Source of the DNA: Felis catus
Lineage: Eukaryota
NCBI RefSeq assembly: GCF_018350175.1
Contig: NC_058368.1
Location: 81,532,001-81,596,000 of the forward strand
DNA: 64,000 nucleotides
Direction of reading: 5' to 3'
A program made the position numbers and the translations under genes. The notes beneath the pieces are model-generated. The model worked only from the letters and a program-made list of their open reading frames with translations, was not told the origin of the DNA and did not search any database. Shown here in pieces: positions 11,309-23,203 of this stretch (within the stretch, counting starts at the first letter, position 1; every line of letters begins with the position of its first letter).

Positions 11309-12239
11309 GTAAATGCAACACGGTAATGCCCTTGCCTTAGGAGAAGGTGGTGGGGAGGACAGAGGAGCCAGGCAGATGTACACGGGGACGTCCCCGTCAC
11401 GGAGGATGAAAGCGTGGCTGGAGAGAGATTGAGGCTGCTTCACCCCAGTGGGGCTGATTTCCCGTCTCCATCGAGGAACTGCCTGCCCACCACCCCTGCC
11501 CGTGGTCCTGACCCTGGAGAAGCAGAGCCTGGCAGGAAGGTCCTGGCAGGCAGGTGGCCACTAGCCGGGAAGAAGGGCCACCACACTGCCCGCCCCTCCC
11601 ACACGTCAGCTGGGTACCTGCCCCTCCCTGGGGGTCAGGGGTTGGGCAGGGAGAGCCAGTGTCACCCCCGCCACCAGGGAGGTTCCCCCGGAGTGAGGGA
11701 AAGTGTCCCTCCAACGGCCACGGTTGCTGAAATTAACTCCATGTTCAGGTTCTGAGGCTGAGGAGCTAGCCCCCCACGGGGTGACAGATCTTTTCCTCAC
11801 CCTAAAGATGACGCAAAAGAAAGGTGCCCATGTAGCTCGCGGGATGCCTGGCCCGTGAAGGGTTGTGGCGGGTTCTAGAGAAGAGAGCTTGTGAAATGGC
11901 AGCTTTCTGCTTCCATCACTCCTTCTGTGTTTCTTTATTGGGATTTTTGCCCTGAGGAAGAGCTTGTCCCTTATTTATTCATTCACTTACCCCAGATTTG
12001 CCTTGGGGGGTCCCTCCATTTGGCTCTTTGGTCCTGTTACTGTGCCCCCTCCTTCTGAACACCTCCCCACTTTCTGGCACCATGAGGTGTTCTGGGCCTC
12101 TAGCCCCCCGGCCCCCGCCCTGGAGTCGTGATTCTTTTTCACCAAAGGATGGAACTTAGAAACAAAGAAGTGGGTGTCAGGTGGACTTGAGTAGAATGTC
12201 ATTGCCTCCTTCATCAGGCTGGGCTGGGAAGTATGTGAC

Positions 12240-12810
12240 CACACACAGAGACACACACGCACACATTCACATGCACATGCAGAGACATGTACACACAGAG
12301 ACACACGCTCGTGCGCACGCAGAGACATGCACACACAGAGACACATATTTGTGCACATGCAGAGACGTGCACACACAGAGACACACGCTCGTGCACACAG
12401 ACACGCATGTGCATATGCAGAGACACACGCTCGTACACACAGACACGTGCACACGCAGAGACACACACTCATGCACACGCAGAGATGTGCACACACAGAC
12501 ACACGCTCATGCACACAGACACGCATGTGCACATGCAGAGCTACACGCTTGTGCACACGCAGAGATGTGTGCACACAGAGACACGCACTACACATGCAGA
12601 GACGTGCACACACAGGTAGACACGTACACAGATAAGCACATGCACACACAGACACACATGTGTGTGCACACAGGCACATGCAGACGTGTGTGCATATGCA
12701 GACCTACAGACACACATGCGTGTGCAGATACACATACAACCAGTCACGCACACACAAATGTGCAACACAGGCGTGCACACGCACAAACACAGAGGCACGT
12801 GCACACGCAG
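12240..12810 (+). repeat. Degenerate (CA)-rich purine/pyrimidine-alternating tandem repeat
   Basis: Recurring cacacagagacacacgctcgtg and cacatgcagagac motifs; produces His/Thr-rich and Cys/Val-rich spurious ORFs. Confidence 0.95.
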
Positions 12811-13656
12811 CCATATTAAACTGTCTCCCTCTTTCTCTACGTAAAACCACGACCTGCAGCTGACCGGCCTCCATCCCGCTCCTTGGAACTTTCTTAAAAA
12901 TCTGGCTCCCATTTCCACGGTAACTGCAGCACTTGCTTAGTCTAGAGACTTCGGATTGCTCCCCCCACCCCTTGGGAAAATCAGATCGGCCGACAGGAGA
13001 GCAGTGTCGGTGAGGAGTTCTTTGTCTCTGTCTCACGTGTGGTTCACAGGGTCACCCAGGGCACGTCTTTCCTCCCGCCCTTTCTGTGTGCCCCTCGTTT
13101 CCCTAAAGTCAGGCTCATTCCTCATGCTGTTGATGTTAGATGTTTGTATTTGAATATGTGGGCATTACTATGGTTTTGGAGGTCATCATGATAGACAGAG
13201 GTACGTACCGGAATCCGCTAGTGGCCCACCACGTGCATGCCTAGTGGGCCGTCCCCACGAGTCCCGTGTTCCCTTGGGCTCAAATGAGATTCACGTACAC
13301 TCAGATCACCTCCCTTGTTAGGTGAGGGCGCCCACCAGGCCCTGCTTTGTCCCCTCACACCAAGCTGGGAGCCACCGCACACCCTTAAGGGAGCTGGTGC
13401 CTGGTTCTCCAGCGGGGCACGCCCCTGTGCCAGTGAACCACGCCTCGTGCCCACCGTCTTTCTACTTGTTTCCACTTTACATTGTCTCTACAGTTCTGCA
13501 GGGTGCCACGGCAACAGCCTGCTGGGCGTGTGTTTGCATGTCGTTGGAGATGTAAATTCTCCTAATTGGGAGGTGGGGCCAGCAAACAAGTGAATACAAG
13601 GTCTTGATAGATGACGCCTGACTTGATACTTGTGCCATGGCTTTCCAGAACACGTT

Positions 13657-13871
13657 ATTTTTTAAAGCTTATTTATTTATTTTGAGAGAGAGAGAGAAGG
13701 TGCAAGTCATGGAGGGGCAGAGAGAGAGAGAGAGAGAGGGAGAGAGAAAGAACCCCAAGCAGGCTCCTCACTGTCAGTACAGAGCCCAACGCGGGCTTGA
13801 ACCTACGAACCGTGAGATCATGACTGGAGCCAAAGTCGGACACTTAACCGACTGAACCACCCAAGCGCCCC
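13657..13871 (-). mobile_element. Can-SINE
   Basis: Poly-T, (GA)n and reverse-complement head; TSD cagaacac. Confidence 0.95.
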
Positions 13872-14008
13872 CAGAACACATTTTTAAATAAAATTTGAAA
13901 ATGATATTGCATTTCAACTTAGTGTTTGAAAATAAACCATGGCCGAAACGTTCATAAATGTGTAATCAAAACACTGTCTACCTGTTTTTTCCATGTGCGT
14001 CATCGAAG

Positions 14009-14080
14009 AACCCAGTACTGACCAGAGTTACCGACTCGGCAATCCTGAGGGTTACAGTGAGTCACAGTTCTCTTCTGGCG
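14009..14080 (+). CDS. SPACA7: SPACA7 coding exon 5: (E)PSTDQSYRLGNPEGYSESQFSSG; 3' boundary uncertain (14056, 14080 or 14104)
   Basis: Acceptor gtcatcgaag; paralogous to exon 4 and similar to recalled human [31 protein letters not shown]; phase-1 donor G|gtaagg after 14080. Confidence 0.8.
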
Positions 14081-14189
14081 GTAAGGACAGAGTTTCCAAT
14101 GACAGCGACTGTGACTCAGTAGCTACCCCTGCCTGCATGCCGGGAGGACGGGGCGGGAGAGTCAGTCTGCCTTGCTGCTGTTACAAATT

Positions 14190-16160
14190 GAGGACATCTT
14201 TGCCCTGCATGCTGTAACTGTTTTCTTTGTGTATTTGAATGCTGTTGATTTTTGAAGGCTAAGTATTATTCTGCTCCCTTCTTAAATCCTTTTATTGTTT
14301 CAGTTCATTTTAACATTGATGCTTTAGGGTTTTCCAAACATACTGCATTATCACGTACAAATAGAATTTTCTTCTTCTTCACCAATGTGTATGCATCTCA
14401 TTGGTTTCTCTTGTCTAATTGCGTTAGCTCGTGTTTCTAGAATAGTGGTTGGAAGTAGCAGAGTTAGTGGGTTTCAGTGCCTCATTCACAGTCTTAGCAG
14501 AATAAGTTTAGCCAATAAGTAAGATTCTGGCTTTTAGACAAAGACTTATGTATTTTCATGTGCAAAAAAAAGTAACCACCAACTTTTTTACATTTTGTCC
14601 CAGCCATTTTCATTATCTTCGGCAACGCTAAAGTTTTTTCTTTAGATCTATTAATGCGGTGAATGATGTATGCATGGATTTTCCCGTGTTGAACCAACCT
14701 TGCATTCCTAGAACAGATCTCACTTGGTCATGTTCATTGTTTTGGATCCTGCTCATTGGTGTTTTATTTAGTAATTTTGCACCCAAATACAGTTCATAGG
14801 TGGTATTAGTCTGTAGTGTTTTTTGGTACTTTTTATCAGATTGAAATGTCAGTGTGATACCTGCCTCATAACAAAGATTTAAAATTTTTTTTTCTTTCTT
14901 TTTGAATCTCTTAGAAAATTTAAAGAGCATTGAAACCATCTGGTCTTTTCAGACTTGTCAGAAATGCCCCGTGAAACCATCTCATTCTGGTGCTTTTCCT
15001 AGAGTAATTACTCAGTAACTCTCTATTTCTTCTAGGCAAAGTGATTCATTTAATCTTTCTTAATCAGATGCAGTCAATTTTAGCAATGCATATTTTTTTT
15101 AGAAAAACATCCATTTCTTCTGTGTTCTCAAACGTATTTGCAAGGAAGTCTCCAACTCATCGCATTATTTTAAAAATACCATTTGTTTCCACTGCTATTT
15201 CCCCCTTGTCATGTCTTATTTTATAAATATATGCTCTTTTTTTTATCTTCCTTATTAGGTAAACCAGCATTTTGTCTAATGTATTAATTTCTTCCCACGA
15301 TCTAGGGTATTGGCATATTAACTAACTACACCGAGTTTCCACTCTGCACCCCTATTTATCTGTGTCTTTGTCATTACTATTTCCTTCTTTATGCTTTTTT
15401 TGTAGTGAGCTTTGCTGCCTTTCCCAGTCTTCAGGCTGAGTGGCTCACTGACTTCATTCTACCGATAAGTGGTTGGTGCTCTATTCTTTCAATGTCCCAT
15501 AGATTCTCATATATCATGCTTTCATTGTCATTATCTCCCAGAAATTCTACAAATTTTTACCCAAAAGTTGTCTGAGAGGTGTTTTCTGGTTTCTAGGTAG
15601 TAGGGCCTTTTCTCTTTGTTTCTGTTAATAATTCCTAGTTTGATTAAACTATGATCGGGAAGTGTTTTCAGTAGTGCTACTGTGTGGCTGATGTACATTT
15701 TCTTTGTGACCTGACATTAATTTCTGTGAATGCTGCGACAGCACTGAGAAGGTGTGCACTCTGGCAGGGTGGGAAGGGTACTTGTAGTATCTGCTTATTG
15801 ATGATGTGGTTTAGGCTGCTCTCTGCTCGCCTCTTCTTTTCTCCCTAATATTTCCCTAGAATGGGGTGTAAATCCCCCCCACCCGTACACATCCTTGCAT
15901 TTCCTGTAGTTTTTGCTTTACGAGTGTGATTCTTGTATCATTTGGCGCAAGGATGTTCATGAGCATTATCTCTTTGTTACGAACTCTAGCTTTCGGTATT
16001 AAAAAGAGCCCTTCTTTGTCATGTTTAATGCTTTCGGGCTTGGATATTACTTTCCCTGATGTAAGGGCCACTACCACCTGCTTTCTTGTTATTTCAGTTT
16101 ACCTGCTGTGTCTTTGTCCATTTTTTCATCTTTACGTAAATAAGCTGTCGCGCTGTAAGT
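14190..16160 (-). mobile_element. Old L1 fragment (ORF2 endonuclease and RT remnants)
   Basis: Peptides YEAGITL…HDQVRSVLGMQGWFN (L1 RT) and IKHDKEGLFLI…NILAPN…VKQKLQEMQG (L1 endonuclease). Confidence 0.92.
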
Positions 16161-16810
16161 ACACAATGTGTACTTGGATCTTGTGTTAGCCCTTTCAGTG
16201 AAGAGGAAACCGCCTCATGAAGTCCAAAGCCTCCCTCCAGGGGGAGGTGTCGAGGAAGCAGAGCCTGGCTGTGACGAGGCCCCAGGCCCCCAGTCACTTC
16301 TTCTTCCCACCACAACCTGAGCCAGACCTTCGAGCGTTTGGAAAAAGCTGAACAGAAGTGTTAAGACAACTCCCACTTCAACCTGGCCCCTAAAAACTGA
16401 GAGAACGATGCACAGTAGAGCTGGGGCACTGGTCTCTGGGGAAGCACGGCCCCTGCTTTGTTCCCTGCCTGCCCCCCACCAGCCCCACGAGTCCCCTGTG
16501 TGCTCCCAAAGGGGCTGCTGTGTCCTCCTTGTCGCCCAGCGCTTTGTACCAGGCAGGCGTCCGTGGGGTCTGGATGAACCAGCTGTCAAGGGGATCCTGA
16601 AATCTTGGGGTTCATTTGAGCAAAACACTGGCCAAGATGCCACTTTGGGAATGTGTGGAGGAAACGTGGATCCATTAACACCCAAAAAGGCAACATTCCA
16701 TAATGTTTCACAACTTCACAAGCCACTGAAAGGCAATACGATAGAATCGTTGCGTGTTGCGCGTGGCGGGTGCTCTGGGACCCGTCGGGGGACCCAGGGA
16801 GGCCCGTGTG

Positions 16811-19050
16811 ATGGCGGAGGAGCCGACTGGAGAACCGGGAGAAAAACGGAGAAGGAAATCTTTTCTCTAAGCTCTCGAACAGCGAAGGACAAAGACAGGC
16901 TGTGGCAGAGCAAGACAGGACGAGGACATGAGCGCATCAGGAGAGAAACCGTCTCCCTCATGAGAGTCAGCGCCATGGGCTCCCCAAGCCACCTTTCCCC
17001 AGGAACTGGCCTCCTGCGGGGGCACCACGCGTGGGCCAGGAAATCAGCTTCCCGGGGGCAGTGACACTTGTAAGACCGGTGCTGATGAGGCTCCTGTGCC
17101 CGAGACCCAAAGGGCCAGGTCCTGCCAGCAGGGAGCTGTGAGCACGTGAAGACCATGGGCACAGGCGGCCCCCCACCCTCTGCCAGCCCCCCAGGCCGCT
17201 CCAGAGGCTGTCCTCCTGTGTGCTGGCTTCCTGTGCTGTTGAGACCCGTTGTCGCTCTGTCCTGGGGGCAGAAGTCCCAGACGAAGGCTTTGGCAGGCGG
17301 CTCCTTCCAGGCCGTGAGGGAGTCCCTTCCACGCTCTTCCAGCTCTCAGGGGTCTCCCCAGGCCTCCTGGGTTCCCTGGCTTGCAGCAGCCTCCCCGACC
17401 CCTGCCTTGTTACCACATGCCTGCTCCTTACGCACTGCTCTGCAGCTGAATGTCCTCCTCTAATTATGACGCCAGTCACGCTGGATCGGGGCCGCCCTGC
17501 TACCCGTGGGCCCGGCTCTGAACTGGTCACAGTTGCCGCAGCCCCGTTTCCATGAGGCCACCACGTGAACTCTAGGGCGCCCCATGACATCGCCTGGCAG
17601 TGGACACCCTCTGTCAGTGCCCGGAAACAAGCCCGGGGTGTCCTGCCGGATGTGGACTGCAGTAAAAAAGAAGTAAATGCTCTGCCGTCTTATTTTCACT
17701 AAGAGATCGTGTGAGGGTCAGAGGAGCCTTGTCTGGTTTGCTGGGCTGTTCTTGGTCCCGGTGACCCGGGGCCCCTGACGCCCGGCCCTGGCCAGGGAAG
17801 GGCGGGGACCGTGGGGTCCTGCGGGGCGGTGGTGGTGGGGAGGCCCCAGCTGGCCGGCCGGGAGGTTGTTTCTGAGTGATCGGTCGCCTGGAGCCCCGCC
17901 CGCACGTTCCCGTGAGGAGGCTGTGGTCTGGGTGGGACGGTGACGTTGCAGACTTTGGCCCGTGAGCAAGGACGGACCTGTGTTCGGTGTTGCCAGGCCG
18001 CTGCTATGCTGCAGACTGAGAGCCGTGGGTGTTATTTGTGGGCGGCACGTGCATTTTTGCCCCGAGCCGCGTTGTTGTGGGCGAGAGACCCTGAGGCAGT
18101 TCAACCAGCACGTGGTTGTCAGTGACAATTGCAATACTTCTTCAGCCCGTCCTTGAGTACCTCGCGGTCGGAAACACAGCCCTGCAAAGTCGTGGCTCCC
18201 ACATAGTGGGGCAGGTGCTGAGGAGGACGGGGACAGGTGACCTGTGGACGGCCCGATACTGTCGCGTGCGCAGTCTGAAGCTTCGAAGGAGCAGGGAGTT
18301 GTGCGTGGAGCACACTGGGGTGGCGGCCCCTGACCACCAGGAGAGGAAGCCACCGTCACTCCTCCCCCGATCCAGGAAAGCAGATTTTGTGGCTGTGCCA
18401 CAGCCAGTGAGAGAACAGCCATCGCCCAGGGGATGCCTCCTCCACGACTCCAGGTCCGACCGCGACAAGCGTGGCTCCTTCTCGGAAACCCCGCGGCCCC
18501 CGGAGGCCCAGAGCAGCACGGGCAGGGCCCCCCACAGGCATGCTCTGGAGGGCGCCACACTGGCCCAGGGTAGCTGCAGACAACAGGCCCTCGGCAGAGA
18601 CTTCCCGAGCGAGTGGGCAGGAGGGTCGCTGCTGACGCCGGCATCCACCGGGTCTGCCGTCTCCCAGAAGCCGCGTAAGCATAGTCCTGTCCTCAGAGCT
18701 AGCAGACAAGACTAAGAAACCCACCGTGTGGAGCACAAGGCGTGTCTCTGGGTGACGGCGATGTCGGTGGGGACGCACAGATGGACGCTCCAGGTACAGG
18801 GACAGGTAAGGGCCTCACCTGAGAGAAAGAAATCTTAGTGTCTTTTGACTTGAAAAGCAGTCACTTCTGTCCTTCCTTGGGAGGAACCACAGGATCCCAG
18901 GGTTGTCTGCGAATTTCTAGTCGAGGCTTCTATCCACTCCCCTTTGCGTTTACTCCCAGTACTCCTCCGTGTGCATCCACGGAAGGGGGACACGAAGTCC
19001 AGAGCTCCGCTAACTGTGATGGGCCCTGGCCTGTGCGCCCCTCCTGGACA
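16811..19050 (+). pseudogene. Degenerate piggyBac-family (PGBD4-like) DDD transposase fossil in SPACA7 intron 5
   Basis: Collinear motifs across frameshifts: TEKEIFS/acidic N-terminus; SPGL…P; SNYDA; KPG…MWT…IFTKRSCE…LVWFA; EEAVVWVGR*RCRLWPVSKDGPVFGV; MLQTESRGCYLW; HVVVSDNCNTS…LEYLAVGNTA; GDLWTARYCRVRSLKLRRSRELC; RKPPSL; HFCP; RV…RKGDTKSR…NCDG…PGLCAP. Confidence 0.8.
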
Positions 19051-20689
19051 GGCACCAGGAGGCACCCTTCACGTGGCCCCCGACCTAGCACCCGGCACAG
19101 CGGCTGCTGCCTGGCGTTTGCGGAATCAGTGAGTCAGCAGGTGAATATTGCAAGTGTCGTCGTCAACGGTGCATAAGTATGAAAGGTAATCGTACCTCTG
19201 TGACTGTTACAACCATTGCAGCAACAGTGACGTTCTCCCCCTCAGAGCGCTCACGGTGTGCCTGGCCCCGTCACGTTCAAATCACCCCAAGGGACCTCAC
19301 GGCGCCTGTGTCGGGACCTCAGGCCGGGGAGCCGAGGACCTAGCCCTGGAGATTCACGCCGCTTCCAAGGGCATTGGAGAACCCGGGGCCGGGGCTCCCC
19401 TGCGGCTGCCTGGAGCAGTGAGGACCAGCTCTGTGACCAGTTCTTGGTTTTTCTGGCTCTGCCCGTGGCTCTGCACCCCTGCCTCCCCCTTCCTGTCTTT
19501 CCCACCTGCACTGTGAGTGTGCAGGACGGGTGCCAGGGAGAACAATGGAGGTGATTTTACCTTTCAGGTGTCCCTGCAGGAAATGATTTCCATCTCAGAA
19601 GCCAGCAGCCAGTGCTTCCTGCCTCCCTGGGGTGCCTCGGGGGAGGGGCCCTCCCCAGCTTTTGTGGGCACATCTATCTAGAACTTTCTCATGGCCACAA
19701 GATAACATCATCTCCAGTCCAGTGCTCTGGGCCAGTGAGATTTGCGGACACTCTCTTCCCTTCACACTGACTTTAGGACAAAGGGGACTTCTGCTCATTT
19801 ATCGTCCTAGACCCCCAGGTGTGCCGTGATTTCATCTACACTGGGTTAGAAGTCAGTTCATGTCATTTGTAGACAAACAGGCCCCTTAGAAACCAGTCTT
19901 CTTTGTCTCTGGTCAACAGCGAGCAGGTTTTGGAAGCTTCCAAATTAGAAGGAATGAGTAGATTAGAACACCTCCCTGAGGACTAGGGTCTTAGGCTGAG
20001 CCACTAGAAATGACCGTGCAGATCAAAGACAGTCCGATACCTGCTCCCGGGAACATTTTGGGGCCCCTGCGGCTCAGCGTAGCTGGGCACCCCCCGGCGT
20101 CCCTTCTCTCCGAGCCCACGCAACACGCAGTCCCCTCTGGGAGCAGGTGTGCATCCTGGGCCTGTGGCCACAGGCGAGGCATTTCCCTGAGCTCCAGCCC
20201 CCGGCCCCGGCGGGCACATGGGCGGGCTCTCAGTGGGGCGGTCAAGCAACCCCACGTGTTGAGGACTCATTGCGCAGGACTACGCTGAGCTCCACCACCG
20301 ACTGCCCCAGAGACAAAAAAGTATAGACACCACAACGTCATCCTCCTACACCACACCTGGGGACAGCACGGCAAAGAGGGTTTAAAGTAGGCTCCAAGGA
20401 ATGAATCTCTAATGTGAAATTCTGGCCGCCACAGCAGGGCACCTCTTGGAAACTGACGGGCTCTCCTTCCTGGGCTGGAGCCCTTCTCTCCCGCTAAGCG
20501 ATAGGTGGGACTGCTCATGTGATATGACCGTCCCCTGGGGGCATGGGTCATTTTCTGCTTGATCTCAACCCCGTGGTGTTTGTCATCTGCCAGTGGAAGT
20601 CCGGCTAACCTTCCTGCCATCCTTCTCGGCGGAACGGGCCTGGAAGCGGACAAGTGTCTGTGGGACATGGGACGTGGGAAAGAGTGCAG

Positions 20690-20880
20690 GGCAGAGAGGA
20701 AGAGCCTGTCAGACCCCGGCTCCACCGCTCACTGGCTCTGCCGTCTTCGAACCTGTGTCATCTGTAAGCTGGGAGTCATAGTGCCTTAAGCTGTGGGGTC
20801 ATTGGGACAATTAAATTGGTTGAAAAGGTAAGAACTCGGGGCAGATCTTGATTCATAAGAAGTGTTAGGCGTTATTACTA
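20690..20880 (+). mobile_element. MIR fragment
   Basis: ccccggctccaccgctcactggctctg…tcatctgtaagctgggagtcatagtgcct. Confidence 0.65.
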
Positions 20881-21341
20881 GACTTTCTGTGTTTTAGTAA
20901 GATTCAGTGCGATACAGGGAAATTCATCCTTTCTAGAGTCATGTAACCATCACCACAAATGACATACAGAAGAGGTCCGTTACCCGAAAATTCCACGCTC
21001 CTTCCACGGAGCCCTAATATACTGACCTGTGTCCTGTTTCTATGATTTTCCCCCTTCCGGAATGTCATACACTACAAAGACCATGTAGACCTTTGAGTGT
21101 AGCTTCCTCAACTAGCACAACGCATTTGAGACGCATGCATGTTTGCCTGTAATTATTCGGTTCCCCTCACTGCAGCCCCTGCTGGCTTACTCACTCACCA
21201 GCTGAATGAGCTTGGGAATTACAAAAAAAGCCACTGGAGACGTTCCCATACAAGGTTTTGGGTGAATAAAAATGTTCCTTTAGTTTAGGTAAACAGCTAA
21301 AGGTATGGCAGCTATGTTTTACTGTATAAGAAACTGTCAAC

Positions 21342-21580
21342 GGGGGGGCGCCTGTGTGGCTCAGTGGGTTGAGCGTCTGACTTCGGCTCAGGTCATGATC
21401 TCAGGATTCGTGGGTTCGAGCCCCGCGTCGGGCTCTGTGCTGACAGCTCAGAGCCTGGAGCCTGCTTCGGATTCTGTGTGTGTCTCTCTCTGTCTGCCCC
21501 TCCCCCGCTTGCACTCTGTCTCTCTCTCTCTCTCAAATATAAGTAAAAACATTAAAAAATTTTAAAGAAGAAAGAAAGAA
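21342..21580 (+). mobile_element. Can-SINE (feliform type) inserted in L1
   Basis: Full head, CT tract and A tail; TSD aagaaactgtca. Confidence 0.96.
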
Positions 21581-22999
21581 AGAAACTGTCAGCAGAAGTT
21601 GCATCCCTGCTAGCAGAATTGGAGCAGCCCTGGGTCCTCCTCAACACTTGAGATTTTCTGTCTCCGGGCCGCTCTAGCAGACGCACAAGAGTCTCACTGT
21701 GGCATGGGTTTGCACTTCCCTAGTGACTGGTAATCCCGAGCGTATTTTCCTGTCTTTATTTGCCATCTGGAGATCTCCTTTGGTCTAGTGCCCATTTTCC
21801 TTAGTCTGTTTTCTTACTGTTGAGTTTTGAGATGTGTTTACACATTCTGGATACAAGTCCTCTGTCACGCGTGTGATCGAAAAGATTGCCTGCCAGTCTG
21901 TGGCTTGCTTTTCATTTGCATACCAGTGTCTTTCAGAGATCAGAAATTCTTAACATTGGTCAAATCAATTTATCAAGTTTCATTTTCAGTGTCAAATAAG
22001 ACATCTTTGCCTCATTTAAAGTCACAAACATTTTCCACGTTCTCTTCCGGAAGTCTTAAAATTGTAGATTTTACTTTAGGGCTGTGATCCATTTTGAGTG
22101 AAGTTGTGTATATGGTGTAAGATAAGGATTCTTTCGTTTTGGTTTGATTTCTTGCTTATTGATGTCCGGTGCCAACACCAGTTTTTGCAAAAACTCCTCT
22201 TTCTCTGTTGAATTGCCTGTGCACGTAGTTGACAATCAACCAGTCATTTGTGAGCCTGTTTCTGGCCTCTTACTTTGTTCCACGGACTTAAGATCTACTC
22301 TTTTTCAGGTGTCGCGTTGCCTTGGCTACAGTACATTGATACCAAGATTTGAGATCAGGTAGAGTCCTCCCGCTTTGTTCGGATTTTCAGAATCAACTTG
22401 GTTGTTCTGCTTTCTCTGCCTTCCCGTATACATTTTAAAAGCGGCTTGTTAATTTCCGCAGCCCATTCTGTTGGGACTTTGGCTGGAATTGCTACGAGTC
22501 TATACATCAGTTTGTCAGGCACCGACTTCTTAACCGTATTCGGTCTTGCCCTCTGTGGAGGACTCTGTGTATGTAGGTCCTCTTTGGTTCCTCTCACCAG
22601 AGTTTTGTAGTGTTCAGCATAAAGACTTTGCATATGTCTTATTAGATTTATGCATAAGTATCTCATAATTCTTGATGTGATCATAAATGATACTGTTTTT
22701 TAAATTTCAACGCCCGGTTAGTCATTTCCAGTGTACAGAAATGTGATTGTTTCGTACAAGACTCTGTAAACGTCCCCCTTGCTCAGCTCACTCTTGTGTT
22801 CCAGAAGCTTTCCTGTAGATTATTTAGGATTTACTGCTTACTGAATCATATCATCTGTGAATAGATTTTTTTTCCTTTCCAATACATACGCCTTTTATTC
22901 ATTTTTCTTGCCTTACCCCGCTAGTTCCAGTACAGTGTTGGAGGTTAAATACGAGTAGTCAGAACGGGTGCCCTTTCATAAATTAGGTGTATCTAATTG

Positions 23000-23203
23000 C
23001 AAGCATGGAGGACTTTTTTGGTAAAAAGTCAGATAGCAAATATTTTAGTCTAAGAGCAATATGGCCCCTGCTGCAACTACTTGACTAGAAGCAACCAGAG
23101 ACCACACATAAAAGAACAGGTGTGGCTATATTCCAACAAAACTTTATTTACTAAAACTGGTGCTGATCCATACTTGGCCTGTAAGCCATGTTTACCAACC
23201 CCT
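23000..23203. mobile_element. MER58A-like hAT-Charlie MITE inside the L1
   Basis: ggtaaaaagtcagatagcaaatattttag…gtgtggctatattccaacaaaactttatttac…tttaccaacccct matches the recalled MER58A consensus. Confidence 0.85.

Noticed and set aside
11987..12918. His/Thr-rich and Cys/Val-rich ORFs up to 230 aa
   Set aside because: Translations of a CA-rich simple repeat.
17718..18644. 308-aa minus-strand ORF
   Set aside because: No recognisable domain; best explained as a GC-rich antisense shadow of the + strand piggyBac fossil.
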